Source of the DNA: an uncultured virus (IMG/VR IMGVR_UViG_3300020045_011964)
Taxonomy: Duplodnaviria > Heunggongvirae > Uroviricota > Caudoviricetes
Length of the DNA stretch: 64,000 nt
IMG/VR virus record: IMGVR_UViG_3300020045_011964
Reading direction: 5' to 3' (one strand)
Position numbers and translations under genes: made by a program. Positions 1 to 9,821 of the stretch are shown here, piece by piece (the stretch's first letter is position 1; every line of letters begins with the position of its first letter). The notes under the pieces were generated by a model that was not told the origin of the DNA, made no database searches, and saw only the letters and a program-made list of their open reading frames with translations.

Positions 1-453
1 TTTAATTAAATAAATATACATATCCCTTAGTTATGGTTATTCCTTACGTATAAGATAATTCATAAGTAATGAATTGTCAATACTTTTTATCCAAAATTTT
101 TTCCCATTTTTTTGGAACTTTTTCTCATATTTTTTACTCCTTTTTATTGCTGTTTTTGTCCATATCCCTGTGCGTTTTGGTTTCTGTTTGTAAAGAAAGT
201 TTTCTAAGACTTTTGTTTGTAGGTTGGGGAAATCTTTCTTTGTAATGAATTGCGGGAAAGTTTTGATAAGATTTCTTTCTATAACTGCTGGGTCTTTCAC
301 CATCATCCACAGCCTCCGCTAAACCCCTCGACTCTAACAATCCTTTTATGGGCATACGGGGGGTGCAAACCGCCGGCGACGGAGCGGAATATCTCACTCA
401 AAAACTACAACAGCCTGATAATAATAGCTTATGATAATGATGCTTATAGTAAG

Positions 454-729
454 CTATGTAGACAGATCATAAGTTAGCTCTTTGACCTCCTCGACGTGCC
501 CTTGTTCGGTCGGCTGGTGATAAGTGGGTGATGGCGACAACGTGCCGGGCTGGACGGCCGGCGATGGCTTGCTAGTTCGCGTAATTGGCAAAGGCGAACT
601 CTGAGTAAGTGCAGCACGAACAATCTTTCTAATCGTTTGGGAGATGTTTTCTTCTCCGGTTTGTCGCATATAATCCTGAATCTGGTTGAATAATTCATCA
701 TTTACAACAAATTGAATCTTTTTAGACAT
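454..729 (-). CDS. Ribbon-helix-helix (CopG/Arc-like) DNA-binding protein
   Basis: N-terminus KKIQFVVNDELFNQIQDYMRQTGEENISQTIRKIVRAAL fits the beta-alpha-alpha RHH pattern; low-complexity tail. Confidence 0.65.
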   Translation of the reverse strand: MSKKIQFVVNDELFNQIQDYMRQTGEENISQTIRKIVRAALTQSSPLPITRTSKPSPAVQPGTLSPSPTYHQPTEQGHVEEVKELTYDLST

Positions 730-809
730 ACTCTTTTATACTCCTTTAGATTCTAATAGAATCTTGTGGAGTAGAGTATAACAGAATCTAATGGAATACA
801 AGAGAATCT

Positions 810-1025
810 TTAAGACAACAATTTTGGCTCTTTATTTCTCAAAATACTCAATTCCGTTTCCAATTCCTGGCGGATTTCCGGGCGGATTTTCTCTTTATAA
901 ATCTCTAAAAACTGTTGAAGCATCTCAAAATAAGTGGAATTCGTCTTGCGGGCTGCGTGTTCGATGCCGGTTTTAATGTGCGAAAGCTGATCGTGTAGAG
1001 GGGTGTTGTGTTCTGCCTTGAACAC
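810..1025 (-). CDS. Helical ORF, probably the -1 frame C-terminal part of the upstream gene
   Basis: Its frame is open upstream to the A-AAA-AAG heptamer at 1118-1124; no convincing own RBS. Confidence 0.5.
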   Translation of the reverse strand: MFKAEHNTPLHDQLSHIKTGIEHAARKTNSTYFEMLQQFLEIYKEKIRPEIRQELETELSILRNKEPKLLS

Positions 1026-1051
1026 GCCGAAGATTCTAAAATACGTCTCAA

Positions 1052-1549
1052 TTAGTTCTTTTTGAGCTTTCCTTTCTTCCCGGTAAGTTTTTCGCGGGTC
1101 CTCTTGTTTGAGTGTGACTTTTTTGTTTGATAGCCTGCCTTCATAAGTTTGCGGAGAAGGTCATCAAGCATATCAACTTTTTGTTTTGGTCGGCCAAGCT
1201 CGTCCAGGTCGTTGTAATCCTGGTAGACAACCTGGAGTTCCCACGATTTCGGGTGCATTGAGAGTTCGCTATTGACCGTGAGGACGTTCCGGGCGGCCGC
1301 TATTGCCTCATTCCCTTTGCGGACAAGGCCTTGATAGACTTCGTTCGCATCATCAAAGTTTCTGATTTTAGATTGTAAATTGATAGAATTAGATTCTAAT
1401 TTCAGACAATTTTGAACGTGGTTACGCAAAGTAACGCGGTTTAGATCGAAATTGCGGGCTATTTCGTGCTGAGAAGATAATAATAATTGGGCGTTAATTT
1501 CCTTTGAATTTGGGGCGCGACAGATTGAACAATAACCGAGTTCGGGCAT
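1052..1549 (-). CDS. Putative terminase small subunit-like HTH protein
   Basis: CSIC...EIN..L...IARNFDLNRVTLRNH..NC zinc/HTH N-terminus typical of terS-like phage proteins; start at ATG 1549 (MPELG). Confidence 0.45.
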   Translation of the reverse strand: MPELGYCSICRAPNSKEINAQLLLSSQHEIARNFDLNRVTLRNHVQNCLKLESNSINLQSKIRNFDDANEVYQGLVRKGNEAIAAARNVLTVNSELSMHPKSWELQVVYQDYNDLDELGRPKQKVDMLDDLLRKLMKAGYQTKKSHSNKRTREKLTGKKGKLKKN

Positions 1550-1612
1550 AATAACTATAAATAGCATAAAATCAGAATAGTAACAACATTGTTTTTTTTA
1601 AGGCAATAAAAT

Positions 1613-1647
1613 AAAAAGCAGAGGAAGTTTTAGGCTTCTCTGCTTTT
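1613..1647. terminator. Intrinsic terminator (probably bidirectional) ending the early operon
   Basis: AAAAGCAGAG-GAAG...CTTC-TCTGCTTTT hairpin with A/T tracts on both sides. Confidence 0.7.
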
Positions 1648-1668
1648 GTGAATAGTTTTATTTTAGGA

Positions 1669-1905
1669 TTAATTGGCTAGATAGGCAGGTTCACAGTGTT
1701 TATGTCTGCCGGATAATGATCCATCGTTATTAAAATAAAAAGCGTGTTCATTAATCCATTGCGCATCACTAACATATATTTTACAGGTTGGGTTTAAGCG
1801 TTGGCTACGTTCCTTGTTTTCAAAAGTGTTTCGATATATGTAAGCATTTAGAACGTGTCGTTTTTGTTCTGGGGTTAAGTTTTCCCCTTTAATTAATTTT
1901 GGCAT
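1669..1905 (-). CDS. Hypothetical early protein
   Basis: 78-aa ORF with AAGGAG RBS. Confidence 0.7.
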   Translation of the reverse strand: MPKLIKGENLTPEQKRHVLNAYIYRNTFENKERSQRLNPTCKIYVSDAQWINEHAFYFNNDGSLSGRHKHCEPAYLAN

Positions 1906-1928
1906 TTCGTTAATCTCCTTTATTTTTG

Positions 1929-2222
1929 TTAGCAGTCATAAATGTTACCGCCTTTGCAGTTGCACCAATCTTCACATTTGCAATATCTGATACAACAATT
2001 ATCTTCACAAGTGCAATCGTTATGACGTTTTGTTGGTTTTGTTGGTTGGCAAAGTTTTTCCTCATCTACCCAAAACTTGACGGGTTCGGGACCGAAGGAT
2101 TCAAGACAAACTCTAAATTTGCCTACGTTAAATTTATCCTCAGTCCGGGCGAGTTGTTTATAAGTTCCAAGCCGCCCGGATTTGCTGATGTAGCCGACAA
2201 TTTTATATTCCTTACGTTGCAT
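1929..2222 (-). CDS. Cys-rich hypothetical protein
   Basis: C-terminal CxC..CC..CxC..CxC cluster; overlaps upstream stop. Confidence 0.6.
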   Translation of the reverse strand: MQRKEYKIVGYISKSGRLGTYKQLARTEDKFNVGKFRVCLESFGPEPVKFWVDEEKLCQPTKPTKRHNDCTCEDNCCIRYCKCEDWCNCKGGNIYDC

Positions 2223-3024
2223 TGTGTTTTTGCGCTCTGTGCTCGCGGAGCGTGGTCAGTAGCGTTGTTTTGATGGCTTTTGATAAAAAAGGCGCGTTTC
2301 GGTCGGCGCGTTTAATTTGAGTGAGTTTTAACGCTTTTTTGTCTGCGTTGATTTTTCTCGCTTTTAACCAGGCTTTTATTCCGGCTTCGCACGCGCCTGT
2401 TGCGCGGACGGTTTCGCGGGTGATAGTGAGATTTTTAACAAGTTTTGAGGCGAGACGATAGGCGCGGGCTTCCTGGGGAGAAACGGGTTTTTCGTCGTTT
2501 TGCCGTGCTATGTCAAGTTTGCGTTTATTTTCGCGGAGGCACTCGAAAATGGTTTGCCCGTGTTCGTAGTATGTTTCGAGTTTGGTGTTGAGCATTTTGA
2601 CAGCTAAACCGGTTGGTTTGAAGTCAATAATTTTCGTTTTGTCCTTGCCTTTACCAAAGACCGGGGCATAGCGTTGAAATACATCGGCTTTATCGGTTGG
2701 AACCGCGAACAGATCGCCGTAAAGAAGGCCCTCAAATTTAGCATTTTTGGGAATAAGTTTCAGCGGGATTGTTGCGACTTCGCGGGCGCGGTAGTTTTCG
2801 ATAATAATTGTTTGCCGTCTGTCCCGTTGTGCGATGCGGACACCTGCATTTTTCCATCGCGCGGGGTGTCCGTAGGATTTTGCATAGCACCATTCAATCT
2901 CAAATTGTCCTCCCGTTCCAAAGCTCACATCACCACGTTTTGAGATATAAAGTGCCGCAACGTGAGTGTGAAAGGATTCCGCAATTTTCATTATTAAATT
3001 GTTTAATTTTTGTTTGTTTGTCAT
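2212..3024 (-). CDS. Hypothetical early protein
   Basis: Long ORF; AAGGAG RBS before ATG at 3024. Confidence 0.75.
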   Translation of the reverse strand: MTNKQKLNNLIMKIAESFHTHVAALYISKRGDVSFGTGGQFEIEWCYAKSYGHPARWKNAGVRIAQRDRRQTIIIENYRAREVATIPLKLIPKNAKFEGLLYGDLFAVPTDKADVFQRYAPVFGKGKDKTKIIDFKPTGLAVKMLNTKLETYYEHGQTIFECLRENKRKLDIARQNDEKPVSPQEARAYRLASKLVKNLTITRETVRATGACEAGIKAWLKARKINADKKALKLTQIKRADRNAPFLSKAIKTTLLTTLREHRAQKHNAT

Positions 3025-3146
3025 TTTTTTAATCTCCTTTTTATCTGTATTGATATTTCGTTTTGGCGTTTCCGGCACGTTAGCTGAGCTGTTTTTCCGT
3101 TTCAAATTATCAATACAGATAGAATAAACCTATTTAATAGTAATTA

Positions 3147-4156
3147 TCAAGAGTTTATTTTAATTATTTTTATGTTGTCCTTTTGTGCCAGATCGTAATA
3201 TTTGAGATATTTGACAATTTCCACTTCCCCGAGAGGCATGTATTTTGCGTTGGGGTGTTCGGTTAAATATCGTTTGCGCCAGGCTTGCCATTTTCTTTGG
3301 ATTTTCCGGGCAATGCGTTGATTGATGCGGGGGTTGTGATGGACTCCGGCCCAAACTAAATTTAGGTTTGCGTCTAGCGCGAAAATTTGAAATTGTTTCA
3401 TAGTTTTATCTCCTTTTATTTAATTAAATAATTCGGCTTGTTCAGGCAAAAATAAATCGGGCTGAATCTTCCGGGCGTGTTTAATTTGTTGTTTAGTTTT
3501 GCATTTGGCGCATAAACCGTTTTTCATCTCAGCCGGTTTGTAGTATTGGTCACAGTGGGCGCAAACCTGAGTTTGCCATTGCTGATTGAAATTAGTTTTT
3601 TCGTTTTCCATTGTTTTAATCTCCTTTACCCTTTGCAATTTTAAGAAATTCTAATGCATCGTTATTTTTTTGAATTTTTTCAAGCAGTAATTTGTTTTCT
3701 TCCTCAAGTTTTGTCCGGGCATCCTCGATGCTGGTTTGAGGAATAAATTTTTGCCTGCCTAAAATGCGGTTCAGTTCTCCGATGGTTCGATAAGCCTGAA
3801 ATGCTTTTGCGACGTTGAATGTCATTGTTTTAATCTCCTTTAATTTGATAACTGCCCTTTGTTCGTTCTATGGTTTGTAATCGGTTTTAGTTCAACTCGA
3901 TTAGAATATATTCGCCGGATTTAATTTTTGCTTCGGTTTGTTTCGTTTCTTCACATAAAAAAGCGTTACGATGTTTGGAAGTTGTCCAAGAATAATTCCA
4001 ATAAGTTTTATCCAGATAAATTTTATTATCTTTTCTGGATTTAAACACAATAATTGAAGAGTAACTTTGAAAATAAACCCCGTCATCAGTAATAATTTTA
4101 AATTGGTTTCGGACTCCGTTAAATTCTTCGACTTGAATTTTTAATTTGTTTGACAT
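3147..4156 (-). other. Cluster of four small early hypothetical genes (3147-3401, 3420-3611, 3616-3825, 3887-4156)
   Basis: Each ORF is preceded by an AAGGAGAT(T/A)AAAAC-type RBS leader. Confidence 0.7.
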
Positions 4157-4204
4157 AATTTGTTTTAATCTCCTTTAATTTGATAACTACCCTTTATTCG
4201 TTCT
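3826..4204 (-). repeat. 44-bp direct repeat (3826-3869 and 4161-4204, 42/44 identical) containing the RBS leader
   Basis: TGTTTTAATCTCCTTTAATTTGATAACT(G/A)CCCTTT(G/A)TTCGTTCT; shorter copies near 3610 and 5281. Confidence 0.9.
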
Positions 4205-4212
4205 TGATTAGT

Positions 4213-4986
4213 TTATTGGTAACTTTCAGCGATCTTTTTTGCCCAATAACGGGCGGCCTCGCTGATGTGTCGTTGCCAGGCTCCGGCGTTAGGCGACCAT
4301 CTAAAACCATTCCGCTTTAACTGACTTCTGATTTCTTCACTTGGTTTGCCTGGAAAGAAAATTTGTGTTCTGTTTTCGTCGGCGTTTTCAACAATTTTAA
4401 TTCCGTTAATTTCCTGTTCGGTAGTTTCCAAAGATTCTTTCTTTTGTTCATCCTGTAAACGCTGTTTCAACCGGCGAATATTCGCCGAGTTGTTTGTTAG
4501 TTGATAATCGGCAAAACCAATGCGCCCGCAAAAGTCCGGCCTGAATAGCTGATTAACCGCTTTTTCTGAAAATCCGAGGTCAAGCAAGCCTTCGACATCG
4601 TTTTTTCTGACAAGTTTATTTGCTTCGCGCATTAAAACTTGCATCTTTTCCAGCCTTTCGATTTTTTCAGCCAGTTTTTCTATTGCATTCGGATCATCTG
4701 AAAAGATGGCTTTATTTTTGGCGGCAGATTCGGCGCGTCTGGCGTAATAATCGGCTTTTTTATCAAGTTCAATACTTTTTCGCATAGCGTTGTGCATTTT
4801 CTCTTGAGTTTTCCGGGCGCGTTTTTCGCTGTGATGACCAACCAAGATCGGTTGACCGCCCCAAAATGCCTGTGATAAATTATCGGATGTTTTTTGCGCG
4901 GCTTCTGATTCTCGACGGGCTTTTTCTGATAATTCCTCAAATCTTTGAGTGCGTTGTTGTTTTCTTTCGTTAAAATCTGATTTCAT
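4213..4986 (-). CDS. DUF3560-domain protein
   Basis: Signature GQPILVGHHSEKRAR ... IFSDDPNAIEKL ... QIFFPGKP..IR.QLK.NGFRWSP..GAWQR. Confidence 0.8.
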   Translation of the reverse strand: MKSDFNERKQQRTQRFEELSEKARRESEAAQKTSDNLSQAFWGGQPILVGHHSEKRARKTQEKMHNAMRKSIELDKKADYYARRAESAAKNKAIFSDDPNAIEKLAEKIERLEKMQVLMREANKLVRKNDVEGLLDLGFSEKAVNQLFRPDFCGRIGFADYQLTNNSANIRRLKQRLQDEQKKESLETTEQEINGIKIVENADENRTQIFFPGKPSEEIRSQLKRNGFRWSPNAGAWQRHISEAARYWAKKIAESYQ

Positions 4987-5018
4987 TGTTTGATCTCCTA
5001 TTGTTATTTTGTTGTTAA

Positions 5019-5282
5019 TTAATTAATAAACTTAAAAGTCGTGACAACTTTTTTTGTTTTACTTGGGCTATGGTTAATGTCTTTGACGACACAAAAACCA
5101 TTATACGTCCAACCTTTTATTTGGATTACTTTAGAGTTTCGGTCTTTAAACCATTTAGCGGCAGCAACAAACCTTTCGTAATGGGCTAAATCAACTTCTT
5201 TTTCTTCCGTTTGAACAGATACAAAAACTGTTTTAGTTCCCGGCTTTAATTCTAAATTTTCTTGTTTTTGAATAATTCGCAT
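5019..5282 (-). CDS. Hypothetical protein
   Basis: RBS leader copy before ATG 5282. Confidence 0.65.
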   Translation of the reverse strand: MRIIQKQENLELKPGTKTVFVSVQTEEKEVDLAHYERFVAAAKWFKDRNSKVIQIKGWTYNGFCVVKDINHSPSKTKKVVTTFKFIN

Positions 5283-5644
5283 TGTTTTAATCTCCTTTAA
5301 TTTGTGGCTTAAATGTGCCACTTCCTATATTACGCCTAATCCTTTTAATTTGTCACGCATTATTTATAAAAAAAAATAACGAGTAGTTAAGTCCGTTATT
5401 TTAATGTTATTCCTACTGCCGCAAATCCCATAATCCTATTTGCTTAAAAATAGAATACAAATCATCTTTTGTCGCCATTCCTTCTCTGATATGTTTGCTA
5501 AAATGTTGGTGTATTGCTCTTTTATCTCTTGCTAAAATCATTTTACAGATGGGACACTCAAACGACTGATGTGCTAAATGCACCCCTTTCAGTGGCAAAT
5601 TATTGCTATAAAATCTCACGTTTTTTTTCTCCTTTCTAAATAAT

Positions 5645-6019
5645 TCAGATCGCCCGGTCAATATTGAGTTGGTAGGTTGACCGACCATTAATGTATTTTT
5701 GCGTTTCCGGGAGTTGCATAAACTCTTTCCATTCCAAATATTTATCATCCTTTTTTAGCTTGCGGTAATCCCGCCTGAGCATTGCATAAGCTGAGATTGT
5801 TTCTAATGATTGTTTTTTGCGGCCGGAAAAGTTTTGTCCTTTTTTCTGAATGCCGCGCATTGTTTTGATATAATTTTCAAACCATTGGCCGTGATCGAGA
5901 ATTTTATTAAAGGTTTCGGCGGCGATTCTATAAATATTTGCGCCATTTTCGGGTTTGATTTTCCGCAGATCGTCGAGAGCTTCCAGAAAATCATCGTGAT
6001 TGATTTTTTGTTTTTTCAA
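5645..6019 (-). CDS. Hypothetical protein
   Basis: 124-aa ORF; TTG start overlapping upstream stop, GGAGG RBS. Confidence 0.6.
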   Translation of the reverse strand: MKKQKINHDDFLEALDDLRKIKPENGANIYRIAAETFNKILDHGQWFENYIKTMRGIQKKGQNFSGRKKQSLETISAYAMLRRDYRKLKKDDKYLEWKEFMQLPETQKYINGRSTYQLNIDRAI

Positions 6020-6453
6020 ATTGCCTCCTGTAATTTGCCATAATTTTTAGAGCTGAGGAAATAAGCCCGGAAAAATTTCCCGGTGGATTGATCCGCGTCG
6101 TTGAAGGTTTTCTCGAATTCCCGAAAATCTTCGGGTTTAATGTCGTTATACCAGTAAGTTTGACCGGATTTGAACTCAATGATCATCGTTTTGGTTGTCG
6201 AATTATATCCGGCTGATTGAATATTGGTAGAAATGGTTGGTGTTCTTTGAATTTTTGCGTCATTGAATTGAACGCAGCGGCAATCGGTTACGGTGCAGGT
6301 CAATTGTTGGGCGTGATCACCGGAAGGATGACCGCAAAAACATTTTTTTTGTTTTTTCCGGTCACAATTCCGGCAGGTGATTAAGTTATCTGTTTCGTTT
6401 GGAGCGGTATCGCGTCCGCAGTCGCCGCAGGTAAAAGTTTTAATTGTATCCAT
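6016..6453 (-). CDS. Zinc-finger + KTSC-domain protein
   Basis: N-terminal CxxC pairs; C-terminal STNIQSAGYN...LIIEFKSGQTYWY...F...STGKFF-type KTSC pattern. Confidence 0.75.
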   Translation of the reverse strand: MDTIKTFTCGDCGRDTAPNETDNLITCRNCDRKKQKKCFCGHPSGDHAQQLTCTVTDCRCVQFNDAKIQRTPTISTNIQSAGYNSTTKTMIIEFKSGQTYWYNDIKPEDFREFEKTFNDADQSTGKFFRAYFLSSKNYGKLQEAI

Positions 6454-6469
6454 TTATTTGTCTCCTTTA

Positions 6470-8330
6470 TTATTCGCTTAATCGAACGTCAATTTCTTCC
6501 TCTGAAAGTCTTAAAATTTTGTGATAGTAAAAAAGTTGAAGATTAATAGTGAAAGAAGTCCAACTATTTCTAATTGCATATTTCAGGCAATACCAGGCAG
6601 TTTGCCAATTTGAATTCTGAAAAAAACCGGTTAATAAATTGTGAGTTGCGAAAAGAGCTAAAGGCCTTCTTGCGTTTATTGGCGTTTTCCCTCTTTTCAT
6701 AAAGAAAATCAAATGGTCTAGCCTTTCCAACCGGCGTTGAGCCATAATTTCTTCCGAAATCGTTTCTTTCATTTTAGTTTTCTCCTTTTTATTGAATCGC
6801 TAAACCTATCTGACGCATAACCCGTGCGCCCTCCGGTGTCAATTCTTTGGTAAGTGCGACATTGTTCATTTGCCATTGGAATTTGCCGGAATCGGACAGT
6901 GTGGCTAAATGATTAAAAAATCTTGCCTGTTCCTCACTGAATGAATACCAAAATTCTACGGCTAATTGCTCCGGTGTTGGGGTAACTTCTATTTGTGTAA
7001 ACATTGGCTCTCCTTTTTGATTTTAAGAATTTTCAGTTTTCCGAGTTCGGCGTAATGGTCTATCGCTTCTTTCGGGAAATGATAGGTTATCGCGTCTTTG
7101 TCGGTTGCTTCGGCCTGAACATCGCCATTTGTGACAGCGACAACTTTGAAAACCTTTCTTTTGTAACTTTCGATGGTAAAATTTGTTCCCGGTTCCATTG
7201 TAATCTCCTTTTTGATGTTTGGGTTGTCTCTTAATCGCCTCGTTTTGCCCGTTCTTTGCTCATTTAAGCGTTTTTTAGGTGTTCGGACAGGGTAAGAGTC
7301 GTTTTAATGGTTGCGGTAATGAAACAATTGCACCTGTAAAGTCCAAAGTAACGTCGGTTTCGGTTGTTTCGGTATTAATCAATTTGCCGTGTGTTAAATC
7401 GCTCATTTCCCCTCCTTAAGTTTTTTTCTTGCAAATGCTTTAATCGCTATAAATTTTTCAAAGTCACTGCCTCTTTTGCTTGTGAAATGTCCAATTTGGC
7501 TAAGTGCGTTGGTTAATCTTGCATTTTCCGCTTTGAGCCGTTCAATCTCACAATGCAACCTATCTAGTTCCTCGTTTGAAGATAAAAAAATATCCACTTC
7601 CTCGTTTGTAAAATCATAATCCATTGTTTTCTCCTTTATAGTTCGATTTCTTCTTCTGTAAATTCGCCGTCATTGAAACTTAAACGTGTTATTGAGTCGC
7701 CACCTTCCCAAATTAATACTGCTTCCAAAATGCCTGTGCTTTGTTTAAGCGCGGGAACTAAAATCCAACTCATAAACGTTCCCGAACCTTCACCCGTAAT
7801 ATCAATATCTGAAACTTTCAAAATTGCGGTTTCTTCTGTTTCACCTTTTACAATCCCCTCCAAAACAAATTCAAAATCTTGGAGTCGTGCGACTTCCACA
7901 TCATTTCCCTCTATCGTAAATTCAAATGTAGGATGCCAATCTTTCCGGTCGTAAATATAAAACGCCTTCATTGGTATAACTAAATTTTCTAGTCTTTTTG
8001 TTTTCCAATCGCTTATGTTATAACTCATTTGTTTTATCTCCTTGTTGCTACTTTTCCATTTCGCCTTATCAAAGGAACTTGTGATAAATCATCTAATTTC
8101 CAAACCTGAACGCCTTGTTTTGCGTCATCCAGAATCTCTATAAACGTGTTCGCGTCAAGTTCGATGTCAGACCGTTTGCAGTTGTTGATGTATCGGTCTA
8201 AACCCTCAAGCGCAAGTGCTAAGTTTCTACCCGAAAGTTTTTCGATTTTGCCTTTAGCAACAGTCCAATGATGCGCCGATGAACTGCGACGGAGCGGGTA
8301 AATAATATTTAAGATTTCATTTTTAGTCAT
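6470..8330 (-). other. Cluster of small hypothetical genes (6470-6772, 6789-7004, 6989-7198, 7403-7624, 7636-8028, 8034-8330)
   Basis: Tightly packed co-oriented ORFs with GGAG RBSs. Confidence 0.7.
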
Positions 8331-8935
8331 AAGTTTAAATTTACTTTTCCAAAATCCCCATCAACCACATTGTTCAAAATATCCAGTGGATTTATCTCAC
8401 CGCTTGTGTTGATAAAATCTTTGCGGGCTTGCTCGTAGTCTCCCGGACGGCAAAATCCGCACGGTAATAAAATGTCCTCGTTAAAATTAAAGGGATTAAC
8501 AACTTTCATCATTCCTGTTTTTGGGTCGTGGTCGTATTGCGGACAACGATAGACGTGTAGTTCTTTGTTTCGCCTTTGTTGCTCGCGTTCGGTGACTAAT
8601 TCCTGATAAGCATTTTTAAGGCTAACCGCATTGATTGGAAACTCGGATTTATGGTTTGTAATTGCCCGCATCAGCGCATCAAATAAAAACTCTCGCGGAA
8701 TAATCGGATGTAAATGTTCCGCCCAAATCTTAGCTCGTTCCGCTAAGTCCGTCTCCGATAAAGGCGGTTGGTTTGATAACAATATCGTTTTCTTGATAAC
8801 TGTCGCTATCTCCGCTAGATAGCGCATCAAGTCGGTCTGCTTCTGCAATGAGTCCTTCGATAAATCCGTTTGTGTTTCTGATTCGCTCGGCGTTCCGGGT
8901 GCCGGCATCCGTAAAAGTTTTTTGATGTTGTCCAT
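8327..8935 (-). CDS. Putative helicase-loader-like partner of the initiator
   Basis: Directly follows and overlaps the initiator; GGAG RBS before ATG 8935; W..L...A...H...FP pattern. Confidence 0.45.
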   Translation of the reverse strand: MDNIKKLLRMPAPGTPSESETQTDLSKDSLQKQTDLMRYLAEIATVIKKTILLSNQPPLSETDLAERAKIWAEHLHPIIPREFLFDALMRAITNHKSEFPINAVSLKNAYQELVTEREQQRRNKELHVYRCPQYDHDPKTGMMKVVNPFNFNEDILLPCGFCRPGDYEQARKDFINTSGEINPLDILNNVVDGDFGKVNLNL

Positions 8936-9644
8936 TAGTGTCTCCGTTTTGTTTTTCAAAATCTTCGTTAAAAATTAATCCTTGCCATTTTCGGTCAATT
9001 GCTTTAATCAACCGTTTGTTTAGGTCAAAATCTTTTATCTTGTCCAAATCATTTTTCAAATCGTCATAACCGTGCTGTGTCAAAGGTTTTTTTAATTTGA
9101 ACCTCATTTCAAGAAAAGCTGTCCATAAATCGGGTTGAACATCTGAGCGGGGAATTGGAAAATGAGTGTGGTTTTTTGGAACTACGTTAGTAGTTCTTTT
9201 TTTCTTATTTGAAGATGAAGATGAAGATGAAGATGAAGGGGTTGAATTTTGGTTAACCTCTTTTTCAGTTTTGCTTGAATTTTGGTTAACCAAAATCGGA
9301 TTCCCCCCCTTTTTACCCGCTTCTGTGCGTATTTTACGCAGTTCTTCGTCTCTTAACATCCTCCGATTGACCAAAGTCCCATCACTTAACCGGGTGGCAA
9401 CTCCATAATCTAAAATCGTTGTAAGTGTCTTGGTTAAATTTTGCTTATCCAAACCGAGCAACCGCGCAAGTGCATCATCCGGCATTGGCTTGCCGTTCAA
9501 AAGCAGTTTGCCCCGTTGCTCCGATTCGTGCATAAGGCAGAGAATTTCAAACCAAACACCACGTTCAAAATAAGATAATGATTGCACGCCGTTATCGCTT
9601 CGCCAATCGGACGGATAAAATTGAAACGCGGGTAATTTTGACAT
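8730..9644 (-). CDS. Phage replication initiator (YdaU/DUF1376-like N-terminus)
   Basis: KLPAFQFYPSDW.SD..VQSLS..ERGVW..IL..M; AGKKGG followed by a Ser-rich linker; C-terminal W..F..MR..KKPLT...W.G domain. Confidence 0.75.
   Translation of the reverse strand: MSKLPAFQFYPSDWRSDNGVQSLSYFERGVWFEILCLMHESEQRGKLLLNGKPMPDDALARLLGLDKQNLTKTLTTILDYGVATRLSDGTLVNRRMLRDEELRKIRTEAGKKGGNPILVNQNSSKTEKEVNQNSTPSSSSSSSSSNKKKRTTNVVPKNHTHFPIPRSDVQPDLWTAFLEMRFKLKKPLTQHGYDDLKNDLDKIKDFDLNKRLIKAIDRKWQGLIFNEDFEKQNGDTNGQHQKTFTDAGTRNAERIRNTNGFIEGLIAEADRLDALSSGDSDSYQENDIVIKPTAFIGDGLSGTS
9242..9296. repeat. Iteron-like repeats / candidate replication origin inside the initiator gene
   Basis: 17-bp direct repeat TTGAATTTTGGTTAACC at 9242 and 9275; 18-bp palindrome ATTTTGGTTAACCAAAAT at 9279-9296. 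Confidence 0.55.
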
Positions 9645-9663
9645 TATATTTATCCTCAAAAAC

Positions 9664-9809
9664 AAAAAAGCCACGTTATTTTATTTCAATCTGGCAAGAT
9701 GAAAACAGATAACGTGGCTCGCAAACCTATGCGGTTTTGCAACTGAATCTTTTATTTAACTGTTCTCATCTTGCCATAATTATTTTACTACACCTGCCGT
9801 AAATTGCAA
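9664..9809 (-). promoter_or_regulatory. Promoter plus attenuator-like leader of the initiator
   Basis: TTGCAA-16-TAAAAT; 16-nt arm 9760-9775 complementary to 9693-9708; terminator stem 9669-9679/9709-9719 followed by a U-tract. Confidence 0.65.
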
Positions 9810-9821
9810 GTTATTTTTACA

